DNA of 64,000 nucleotides from a virus (Duplodnaviria; Caudoviricetes): IMG/VR virus record IMGVR_UViG_3300031992_000022, positions 32,001 to 96,000 of that record; one strand, 5' to 3'. Shown piece by piece: positions 54,641 to 64,000 of this stretch (position 1 is its first letter; each line of letters starts with the position of its first letter). The notes under the pieces were generated by a model. It saw only the letters and a program-made list of their open reading frames with translations, ran no database searches and was not told where the DNA came from. The position numbers and the translations under genes were made by a program.

Positions 54641-55820
54641 TATTCACCTTCTTAGCTTCTCGTGTTGCTAATCCATAATATTTTGTACCATTTGCATATT
54701 CAAATGAATATATTTTTTCAGTTATTCCTTTCTTTTTTAAATCCTGTATTACTTGATCAATAGTTATATTATTAACTCCATCTATAATATATACATTATT
54801 ACTAACATGTCCATATGCCCAAGCTTTTACATTAGTTTCCGATAGTACTTCATCTTTCTTAGGCCTTCGCTTTCCTCGATAAAAACGAACATTATATTTC
54901 TGTAAATATTTATTAAATAATTGCTGATGATTTTCATTATGCTCAGATAATAATATTTCATTATCTATATCCATAAATGCTTTATCTCTATTACTTACAT
55001 CAGTACGTATAATATAAATATGTTGGCCTTTTTTATCATTAATATTAGCTAAATCTCGAGCTTGCGTTAATTTATCTAAATATTTACCTTGTTCAAAAAA
55101 TTCTCTATATATAATTCTACTAAAATTATATTGAATTCGTTCTATTAATTGATTAATAATATTAGCATTATTATAAATATAATCATATAAATCTATATGA
55201 ACTGGTCTATTTATACTTTTAGCTAATTCATTAGATATTTTTTCAGGTTCAATTTTTTGTAAATATTCTTTTAATAAATTTATATCTAAATTATTAAATA
55301 CATTAGATATATCTTGCATATTCTTTATGTAATCCTGTTTTAGTATATATTCTATAAAATTTGGACTAATAAAATATTGTCCTAATATACCAATTAAATA
55401 ATCATCGAAATTAGGTATTTTAGTAATATCGTCATTATTAATTTCATTATTAATACTAGCTTGTTTATTAATACCTATTTGTATTAATATTGGTTTTTCA
55501 ATAATAAAATTATTAATATCAATATTTTTTAAAATTAAATATAATAATATCATATTATCTTCAAAAAATTTATATATATTATATGCAAAATCTGTTATAT
55601 TAGCATTATCAATATTATTCTGTAAAATAAATTTTACTGCTAATTGTTCTTTAATATCAAATAAATATTCTAGTAACTTATCTGAATCAAATATATTATT
55701 AAAGAATTTTTTAACTTCTGTAATATTAAATAAATTATACTTTTCAACAAAAAAATTATATAAACGCTTATCTGTATATTGTTTTGCAATCTGTAATAAT
55801 TGATTAAAAATTTGTTCCAT
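54633..55820 (-). CDS. Paralog-family protein
   Basis: RDKAF..NH..WAYGHV..IID..KIY..REAKK. Confidence 0.7.
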   Translation of the reverse strand: MEQIFNQLLQIAKQYTDKRLYNFFVEKYNLFNITEVKKFFNNIFDSDKLLEYLFDIKEQLAVKFILQNNIDNANITDFAYNIYKFFEDNMILLYLILKNIDINNFIIEKPILIQIGINKQASINNEINNDDITKIPNFDDYLIGILGQYFISPNFIEYILKQDYIKNMQDISNVFNNLDINLLKEYLQKIEPEKISNELAKSINRPVHIDLYDYIYNNANIINQLIERIQYNFSRIIYREFFEQGKYLDKLTQARDLANINDKKGQHIYIIRTDVSNRDKAFMDIDNEILLSEHNENHQQLFNKYLQKYNVRFYRGKRRPKKDEVLSETNVKAWAYGHVSNNVYIIDGVNNITIDQVIQDLKKKGITEKIYSFEYANGTKYYGLATREAKKVNNY

Positions 55821-55837
55821 TATATTAATCTCCTATA

Positions 55838-56206
55838 TTAATTCTTGTTTTGTATCATAATTTTACTAATGGAATTATCATAATTTATTAATCTACCTTG
55901 TGCTTGCAAAATTTCAACAGTACGATTTAGCCAATCTTGCCAATTATTATCACAAGTATTTACTGTGCCTAAATCATCATATAATCCGACTTGAATATCA
56001 TCTACGATAGAATAAACTAAATCATTAGTAGGTGTTAATGGTAAATCTGCAATTAATCGTTTTGCAATAATAAATACCATATTAGCTTGTTCATATTTAG
56101 ATCGATTATTATCGCCATTAATAGTTCTTAATTCAATTTCTTTATGTAATCGCCGAGAAAAACTACTACCGTCATTAGTTGCTTTTTTTATTAGTCTTTT
56201 AATCAC
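55838..56206 (-). CDS. Hypothetical protein
   Basis: MIKRLIKKA; AGGAGG RBS. Confidence 0.65.
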   Translation of the reverse strand: MIKRLIKKATNDGSSFSRRLHKEIELRTINGDNNRSKYEQANMVFIIAKRLIADLPLTPTNDLVYSIVDDIQVGLYDDLGTVNTCDNNWQDWLNRTVEILQAQGRLINYDNSISKIMIQNKN

Positions 56207-56285
56207 AATTAATCCTCCTAATTATTTAATAATTAGTTTTCTTTAAAAATATAAGTCTTTTATTAGAAAAATAAAAAAGAAAGAC

Positions 56286-56756
56286 TTAATATTGTAACTT
56301 TGCTATTAAGTCTTTTTGTATTTGTTCTAAATTCTGATTATAATATATATATATGTTATTTTTATTTTTTATTTCATTTTCATTTTTTATAAAAATAATA
56401 TGTTTATTAGTATTAATATTTATTAATAACCGATTAATAATAAATTTAATATTATTAGGTATATTTTCAATATATATATTATTTATTTTATAATTTTCGA
56501 ATTTATTTACAAATAATATTGATATATTTAAAATATCTAATTGCTTTCGAAAATATTTTAAATCTTTTATCGTATTAATAAAATTATAAATAGATTTATT
56601 ATCATTAGATATAATATACACGACATTATTATCTGGTAAATTATCTATATGTAAATCAATATATATATTATATATAAATATATAAATATTTGTAAATATT
56701 TCGTCATATATATTCGTAATTTGTAAATTATTAACAAAATTATATATTTTTTTCAC
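56286..56756 (-). CDS. Hypothetical protein
   Basis: 156-aa ORF. Confidence 0.45.
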   Translation of the reverse strand: MKKIYNFVNNLQITNIYDEIFTNIYIFIYNIYIDLHIDNLPDNNVVYIISNDNKSIYNFINTIKDLKYFRKQLDILNISILFVNKFENYKINNIYIENIPNNIKFIINRLLININTNKHIIFIKNENEIKNKNNIYIYYNQNLEQIQKDLIAKLQY

Positions 56757-57022
56757 ATATTTATCTTTAATTAAATTGCTAGGATTATTAAAAAATAATC
56801 TTCTATAAAAAGAATTAAAATAATATATTAATAATGAAGATATTAATTTTTTAAATAATTGTATATTAAATGATTTATTATAAAATTCATCTTTTAATTC
56901 ATTATCTAAAGCAATAATAATTGATCTAATATTATTAGGAAATCTATGTAAATTTAGAATTTGCTTTAAATCAAATGATCTATTTTGTTTTCGGACGAAG
57001 AGCTGATATTGCTTTCCATATG

Positions 57023-60000
57023 TTACTCGCTCGCCCGTTTTATAAAAAAATCAGATAATTTTCTTTCATCTTTAATTATATTATTAGCTTGTTTATTTAA
57101 ATCATTATTAATTGCTGTATTATCTAAATTATTATTAATTTCTGTATTACCTAATCGCATCATATTATCTTGTTTAGCTGCAAAATCAGGCATACCTCCC
57201 ATATCTGTCATACCTTCAGATGTATCTTGTGCTTGTTTTGCTTGATTTTCATCATAATCTTTCATTCCGGGAAGAGGACCAGATTTTGGCGCATCAGGAT
57301 CAAAAACAGTACCACGTTCATTTTCAAGATTAGACTTTTCAACTTCTGGATTTAATCCAATAATATTTAATACCGTACGCGTTGATACTAACTTTTTACC
57401 TTGTAATGTTTGTAATAAATTAACTGCAGATTGATCTTGTGTTAAGTTCTGCTGACTCCAACGAATTTTAGGAATAACTAATTCCATTTCTCCTTTGTGT
57501 GCTAATATTAATTTTCGTCTATCCGATAAATGCGCTTGCGAAGTTTTTAATGCAGGATTGGGTTTAAAAAAGCCTTGCATTTCCGCAATAGGCTTATATA
57601 TCTTATTAATAATAAATCTTTCTAATTTATATCGATATGACATATATCGTTTACCTAAAGCATTGCCAACATCTCCACTGCCTTGTGGACCTTGTCCATT
57701 AATCATAGATTCATTAATATTTAGACCTGCCATTAATTCTTTTTGCACAAAATCAAATTCAGAATTAAGCGGTAAAATTTTTCCCGATGAACCAACATAA
57801 TCCATTTGTACACCATAATGATAAATAATAAAATTATACTAATATATTTTAAAATATTTATATATTTTAAAAATTCATACCAATTAAGCTCTCTACTTCT
57901 CAATATATTAATCACTTAATATATCTAAAGTCAAATCAATCTATACCTCACAGTATATTCTAAAATCGATTCAATATATACTTATCCTTTATATAATTTG
58001 TATTAAACAAACTGAACTTATAATTCTTATATATATATCATAATCAATTCTATATTGATTCTCGAACTCTAATTCGTCTTGGTGCTATTAGAACACCTCT
58101 AGAGTATAAGATAGATATATCTTCATATAAATTATGTATATCTTGACTATTTATTAAGTCTTTATAAGATATTCTTCTATCTACAACCTTATATTTATTT
58201 AACTGTTTTATTTTTTCATATTCTTTATTCAATAAATATTTTTTCAATATATTCAAAGCACTATTCATATCTGCATTGATTAATATACCATTATTGGACT
58301 TATAAAGTCCTCTCTTTATTCTTTTACCTGTAAATTGTTGCTTTTTTAATTCTACTTTATCATCTGTTGTTCTTAATACATAGCCTAACTTTTCATCTTT
58401 CTTATATGATAATATATAATCATTATCTAAAAAAGAAGCTTTAGATGTAAATGATTCTTCTTGAAGAATAAGATTTATATTATTTATCTTACATCTATAT
58501 TCTAAATTATCTTTTAATTTTCTAAATGGCATACTAGTAAAGTGTTGATTATTTTTCTTACCTAAATTAGAATTTCTTTGAAAATCATTATTCCATCCTA
58601 ATATAATAGTTTTTATATTATTTGGTAAACAATAATCTATTAATTTTTTACAAGTCTTATGAATATAATAATTAATTTTATTATTTCGTTTTTTTAATAT
58701 ATTATACATCTTTTTTGTATATCTTAACTTCTTATTAGTATTTTTCTTTTGTAATTTACTAATAATTCTATTATAACCTTGATTTATAGATTTTAATTCT
58801 TTACCATTTAATATAAAACTATTAATTTCCTTTTTAGAATTATGATTATAACTAATACAAGTCATTAAATTTTTAATACCTAAATCTATTGATAAATAAT
58901 TATTATTTTCTTGTATATTTTTATTAATTTCTATTTCATAAGTATAATGAATTTCGAATATTTTACCTTTATATTTAGGAACAACTTGTATATATTTTAT
59001 TTTTTTATCTTTTAATATAGTAGGTATTTTTATTCTAAATCTATCTTTACTTCGTGGTGCTAAATTATATTCTTTTAACATTTGATAACTTAAAGGAATA
59101 ATCCATTCATTATTTTTATTTATATGAATTTTATTGGTAGGTAATATAAAATAATCATTTTTATCTAAATATTTAGGAGTATTTACTTTATATCCTTTTT
59201 GTTTTACTTCAAAAAATGATTGAAAACTTTCATCTACTATATGAAGAATATTACAAGCAATTTGTGCTTCGCACAATTTATAATTAATATCATTTTTAAT
59301 ATTATAATATAAATTAGAATATCCTAAATATTTACCAGTATGAATAAAATATTGATTAATTAAATATAAACTTCTATTATAAATAGTTTTGCTATATTTA
59401 CAAAGTTTTTTAAATAATATATATAATTGTTTATATTTATATTTACTAACTTGTTGTTTAACAGTTAAATAAAATTTTTCTTTTTTATCATTAGTATTTT
59501 TCTTTTTAAGATTTCTATTAATAATTATTCACTTCCACAATTTTATACTTTATATATAAATAGTATATATAATAGTTAAAATTATAATAAGTAAAATAAT
59601 ATTAATTATTTATAAATATTTTAAATAATTATATTTTAACTTTAATTAAAATATAGATTATATCATTAATATAAATAAAATATATAATTAATGATTCTAT
59701 AAAAATATACAATATTAATCGTTAAATATATATATATTAATTAATACTTATATATTATTGATATACTATATAAAATAGATATTCCAATAAATAATTTAAT
59801 AAAATAATCCCTGTAAGGATCATCATCTGCCATCATTAATAAATCTCTAAATCTATTTAAATCGTCATCTGTTGGATAAGGTTCTCCAGGAGTACCAAGC
59901 TTAGCTAATCTAATTGGGAATATATGTCTATTAGCAATTGCATCTTGAGCCGAACGTAATTTATCTTTATAAATGAGTGCTTTAAAGCATCTCATCATTA

Positions 60001-62918
60001 ATGGAGTTTATCATATATATTAAATAATTTTAATATAATTATTAATCACTTATATTGTATAAATGTATATGACTATATATTTTAATTAATTTTCAATAAA
60101 TAAATCATTTATTTACTAATATTAGTCGTTATATAATATATTTATTTTTAAATAAATATATATTATTGATAAATAAATGTATATACCAATAATTAATCCA
60201 ATTTTTATAGGAGCACTATATAATATACCCCAGCTTTCATAATCACTAGACTTATGTGCAATATGAGTTATTAATCTACTATCTAATCGTATATTACGAT
60301 TCATTTTTACTGAACGAATTACTTCATCAGGCATTTGATTATATAATTCTGCATTTTCTCCGCGTGGGCCTTCACGAACAATAGTTGTAATTTGATCATC
60401 TGGAATTAATTCAATTACAGCCTCATCAGCGAATACTGAAGTGCGAATATTAATATAATCTGGATTTAATATCGTAAATTTTTCCCATCTGAAATTTTAT
60501 TAAAATCTATATTAAATCTTAATAAATTTATACGTAATAGATTCAGCTTAATTCTTACATATATCTTATTCCATTTATCAAAAAAATTATATATATTTAT
60601 TGAATTATCTCTTAAAATATATAATATTTTAAAATAAATATTATTATATATTATATAATTTCTTATTTTACTCTAATACGTATGGGCGTTAACAGTACAC
60701 CTCTATGGTATAAAATATATCTAAAATCTTTTACTAATTTTAAACTATTTATAACTTTACTTTTATCTAAATATTTTCTCATTATATTTAAAGAACCATT
60801 CATATCTGCATTTATATAATTTACTTTAAATTTAATAAAAGTTTTATTAAATATATATTTGCCGCGGTTCGGCCGACTCCCACTAAATTTATACTTCTTA
60901 TTTTCATCATATACATCTTTTTTTAATTTTACTTTTCCATATATAGGTATATAATCATTTTTTATAAAATTTGCTTTACTTGTATAACTCTCTTCTTGTA
61001 TTACTAATTCTATATTATTTAATTCACTTCTATATCTTAAATTTTCTTTTATTCTATAAAATGGTATATTTACAAAATTTTGATTATTTCTTTTTCCTAT
61101 ATTTATATTTTGTTTTATATTTTCATTATAACCTAATATTATTGTATCTATTCTGTTCATTAAACAATGCGAAGCTAGTTCGCTTAGACCTTTGGTCTTA
61201 GAACAATAATTTATTATATATTTACATGTTTTATTTATTATTTCATTTATTCTATTATTTCTCTTTTTAGTTATATTATACATTTTCTTAGTATAATAAG
61301 GAGCTTTACTATCTTTAGCAGCTAGTTGCTGTAATTTACTTATTTGTTTATTATAGAATTGATTTATTGATTTTAACTTTTTTCCATCTAATATAAAAGA
61401 TTTAAATTTATTTTTATCATTTTCTTTATAACTAACACAAGTACATAAATTATTTATACCTAAATCTATAGATAACAAATTATTATTTTTCTTTTTTAAA
61501 TTTACTCTTTTCTTTATTTCATAAACATATTGAATTTCAAAATAATTTCCTTTATGTTTAGGTATAATCCATATTTGTTTTATATTTTTATCTTTTAATA
61601 TATTAGGTATTTGTATTTTAATTCTTTCATGCGATTGGACTATAGAACCATCATATAAAATCATTCCTCCTTTAAGGAATTCTTTACTCATAGGTATTGT
61701 CCAATATAAATTATCATTTAGATTATGTATATGCTTCATACCTTCAGCATCACATATTTTAAAATATCCTTCTTTATCTAAATATTTAGGCATATTAATT
61801 TTATTTTTAATTTTTCCTTGCTTTTTCATTTTTAGTAAACTAAAAAAAGATTTAAAGTTTTGATCTACTATTTTTAAAATTTGTTGTGAACAACCAGATT
61901 GTAAAAGTTTATAATTTTCATCATTTTTTAATCTTTTATCTAAATTAATATAATTTAAATATTTTTTATTATTAAAATATTCTTGTCTAATAATATATAA
62001 AGCTTGATTATATAAATTTTTACTAATATGAGTGAGTTCTTTAAATAGATTATAAATATCTAAATTTTTTTTAGTAACTTGTTGTTTAACAATACCATAG
62101 AATTTATTTTTATTATTCATATTTTTATTTTTCCTTATAAATTAATATTAAATAATAAATAAGATAATAAAAATATGAATAATATTTAAAATAGATTTTA
62201 ATATCTATTAAGCTTATATAATGATATAAGCATAGATTATATCTTTATAAAAAATTATAAAAGATATTTCAATAAAAAATTATTTACTAAGAGAATAATC
62301 GTTAGATTAAATTATATATTAAATTATATATAATTTTAATTATGGATTTTAATATAATAATTATATTTCCATAAATAATTAAATTATAGCAACACTAATT
62401 GCTTCTTGTTCATTTAAGGTACCAAATATAAAAACATCTCCAATTTTCCAATATTCATGTCCTATACCTAATAACAAATTAATAATATCTAATTTATCAA
62501 AAGCTAAATAATCAAAAAATTTTTTAATATTTATATCAGGACAATCATTATTAAATTCTGAAACTGGATATTCTGTATGCAAATCAATAGCTGTAGCAAT
62601 AATAGGCTCTGTTCTATAAAAATGTCTACACCATTCATTTCTTTCACGCCGATCACGCGGTAATAGCATATTAACTGGTTGAAATAACGGATGATAAAAT
62701 GTAGGATTAGATAGCTTAACATTTAAAGTATTTAATCCATTGGCAAAAAAATTAGCTGCAGCTGTTCGTTTCATTTTACGCTGAATATGCCCAGGTAAAT
62801 CTTGTTTATCTACTAAAGCTGATTTCATAAACCCGCTATTGGAAGTTCTTCTATTCAATGATACATTTTGTAAATTATTAAAATAATGATTTAAATCATT
62901 AATATTAATTGAATTCAT
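57023..62918 (-). CDS. Portal protein, 4 exons (62918-62398, 60488-60227, 60007-59816, 57838-57023), about 596 aa
   Basis: EWCRHFYRTEPIIATAIDLH..HEYWKIGDVF..EAI|WEKFTILNPDY..SWG|TPLMMRCFKALIYKDKLR..DDDP|..YHYGVQMDYVG..KIYKPIA; exons sum to 1791 nt. Confidence 0.85.
57839..59815 (-). mobile_element. TnpB-carrying group I intron portal-I3 (IStron-like, no tnpA), about 1977 nt
   Basis: Exon GAUCCU / IGS GGGAUU; P7 GAUUA/UAAUC; tail similar to 39730-39885; 3' site could lie 3 nt further. Confidence 0.82.
58050..59525 (-). CDS. tnpB: RNA-guided endonuclease TnpB (frame open upstream of the track start; probable ATT/ATA start)
   Basis: Close paralog of 39885..41354, including the N-terminal FYLTVKQQVSKYKYKQLY; SIDLG, QEESFTSK, INADMN. 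Confidence 0.9.
   Translation of the reverse strand: MINRNLKKKNTNDKKEKFYLTVKQQVSKYKYKQLYILFKKLCKYSKTIYNRSLYLINQYFIHTGKYLGYSNLYYNIKNDINYKLCEAQIACNILHIVDESFQSFFEVKQKGYKVNTPKYLDKNDYFILPTNKIHINKNNEWIIPLSYQMLKEYNLAPRSKDRFRIKIPTILKDKKIKYIQVVPKYKGKIFEIHYTYEIEINKNIQENNNYLSIDLGIKNLMTCISYNHNSKKEINSFILNGKELKSINQGYNRIISKLQKKNTNKKLRYTKKMYNILKKRNNKINYYIHKTCKKLIDYCLPNNIKTIILGWNNDFQRNSNLGKKNNQHFTSMPFRKLKDNLEYRCKINNINLILQEESFTSKASFLDNDYILSYKKDEKLGYVLRTTDDKVELKKQQFTGKRIKRGLYKSNNGILINADMNSALNILKKYLLNKEYEKIKQLNKYKVVDRRISYKDLINSQDIHNLYEDISILYSRGVLIAPRRIRVRESI
60008..60226 (-). other. Group I intron portal-I2 (219 nt; terminal base A)
   Basis: Exon GGGGU / IGS GCUCC; P7 GACUA/UAGUC; the in-frame junction WG|TP requires a terminal A. 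Confidence 0.8.
60489..62397 (-). mobile_element. TnpB-carrying group I intron portal-I1 (IStron-like, no tnpA), 1909 nt
   Basis: Exon AGCAAU / IGS GUUGCU; P7 GAUUA/UAAUC; ends TTTCAG. Confidence 0.85.
60663..62120 (-). CDS. tnpB: RNA-guided endonuclease TnpB (divergent third copy)
   Basis: SKNLYNQ, SIDLGINN, QEESYTSK, INADMNGSLNI. Confidence 0.92.
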   Translation of the reverse strand: MNNKNKFYGIVKQQVTKKNLDIYNLFKELTHISKNLYNQALYIIRQEYFNNKKYLNYINLDKRLKNDENYKLLQSGCSQQILKIVDQNFKSFFSLLKMKKQGKIKNKINMPKYLDKEGYFKICDAEGMKHIHNLNDNLYWTIPMSKEFLKGGMILYDGSIVQSHERIKIQIPNILKDKNIKQIWIIPKHKGNYFEIQYVYEIKKRVNLKKKNNNLLSIDLGINNLCTCVSYKENDKNKFKSFILDGKKLKSINQFYNKQISKLQQLAAKDSKAPYYTKKMYNITKKRNNRINEIINKTCKYIINYCSKTKGLSELASHCLMNRIDTIILGYNENIKQNINIGKRNNQNFVNIPFYRIKENLRYRSELNNIELVIQEESYTSKANFIKNDYIPIYGKVKLKKDVYDENKKYKFSGSRPNRGKYIFNKTFIKFKVNYINADMNGSLNIMRKYLDKSKVINSLKLVKDFRYILYHRGVLLTPIRIRVK

Positions 62919-62924
62919 TATATA

Positions 62925-63318
62925 TGTGCGGCGGATACTCCTGCTTTAACTGCAAGGAGCCGCGCTCCTCCTCTCTGTTAAATATGTCTTGCGCCTAGAA
63001 ATCAATACTAACTTCTTATAGCTAATACCAACAGAAATCTTAGTTCCATCAAGCTTACGAATATCAAAACTTCCACTCACACATCTGCCAAAGATAAAAT
63101 CTACCTCACCTTGACATTTAACCTTATCAAAGAGCCTGTAACCAAAAAGCTCATACGGCAATTGATTTCTCTTGTGAGTGCCGCCTTTATTAATTGTAAG
63201 TTTATGAATCTGTCGATTATGTTTACGAACTTGCTTTTGATACCGTAGTTCTTGAAGAACCGAAGCTAGTCAAAAAGAACTTATACGAACTCACGTTTTT
63301 AGGCGTGGGGTTTTTAAC
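62925..63318 (-). mobile_element. iscB: Internally deleted IscB element: omegaRNA 5' end fused to the iscB 3' end
   Basis: GTTAAAAACCCCACGCC..GACTAGC..ACTACG joined to QVRKHNRQIHK..GYRLFDKV..FIFGR..SGSFDIRKLDG..ISYKKL; terminal hairpin. Confidence 0.8.
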
Positions 63319-63423
63319 TATATACTCCTATAATTTTTATAAAAAAATAAGACTTTATATATTAAAATAGATTAATATACAAGTCTTATTTTTTTTATGT
63401 ATATATTTTTTTATTCAATAGAA

Positions 63424-63930
63424 TTACTGATATGATATATGCTTTTCATCGGCTTCTATAATATTACCATCAGTTAATTCTATTTGATAATATTGCTTTT
63501 TATTTACGTCATATGGGCCGAATAAAATTTGGCCCTTATTTTGTACCTTATTTATTAATACCATAATTTTATCATCCACTTTATAAATAATACGTTTATT
63601 ACGTTTTTTATTAGATTGTTTTTTAGATGAAAAAATATGCGCATCTGAAAAATATTCAGCCAAGTCCTCATCTACGTCTTTGCTTAAATTTTTATCTAAT
63701 TCTTTATTATCATTATCATAATAATCATTATTCTCATTATAATAATTTTCTTCATTATAATCATTTTTTAAATCTTCATTATCATCTTTATAATCATCTT
63801 TATAATCATCTTCGTAAATATCTTTATAATTATTATATTGATTATACGAATAATTTTGATCATAATCATTATAGCCATAATAATCATAATCATTTGAATA
63901 ACTTTTATTATACCGCGTATCAAAATACAA
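63424..63930 (-). CDS. Hypothetical protein: D/Y/N-rich N-terminus, SH3/KOW-like C-terminus
   Basis: YKVDDKI..KGQILFGP..YQIELTDG. Confidence 0.6.
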   Translation of the reverse strand: MYFDTRYNKSYSNDYDYYGYNDYDQNYSYNQYNNYKDIYEDDYKDDYKDDNEDLKNDYNEENYYNENNDYYDNDNKELDKNLSKDVDEDLAEYFSDAHIFSSKKQSNKKRNKRIIYKVDDKIMVLINKVQNKGQILFGPYDVNKKQYYQIELTDGNIIEADEKHISYQ

Positions 63931-64000
63931 TATAAATCACTCCATAATATTTTTATATAATTAAAATAATACATTTCATAATATATTATTTATAAAAAAA

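Noticed and set aside
39885-62120. TnpB genes as Cas12f or ordinary IS605 insertions disrupting genes
   Set aside because: No CRISPR array, cas genes or tnpA in the window; each lies inside a predicted spliceable intron
3877-62397. Group II introns, inteins or archaeal BHB introns
   Set aside because: No GUGYG 5' ends, domain V or reverse transcriptase seen; insertions contain stops; P1 U.G pairs and P7 helices indicate group I
5706-62918. Stop-codon reassignment as the cause of gene fragmentation
   Set aside because: Gaps are non-coding with intron cores and phase changes; long ORFs translate normally and TAA and TAG act as real stops

Overview
Very AT-rich window from what looks like a large (jumbo-type) tailed phage, probably of an anaerobic Firmicute (host inferred). 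It holds nucleotide-metabolism genes (nrdG, nrdD, dimeric dUTPase, NUDIX fusion, primase), a lysis cluster and a head-assembly module (portal, prohead protease, capsid decoration, major capsid protein). The ORF track hides the main signal: by hand I could reconstruct 23 group I introns. Each has a U.G P1/IGS pairing, a P7 helix and in-frame exon rejoining, and all but two end in a terminal G. Counts are major capsid protein 9, NrdD large gene 6, portal 3, and one each in the separate NrdD glycyl-radical gene, an HD-GYP-like gene, dUTPase, the decoration gene and a head-module gene. Many introns are tiny (153-226 nt) and flank exons of only 13-40 nt, and P7 occurs in five co-varying versions. 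Three introns carry TnpB without TnpA (IStron-like, possibly RNA-guided homing). One carries a catalytically degenerate LAGLIDADG protein (maturase candidate) and one a non-nuclease cargo ORF. An orphan IscB-type omegaRNA and a deleted IscB element are also present. Splicing is inferred from sequence only, and protein family calls rest on remembered motifs, not database searches.
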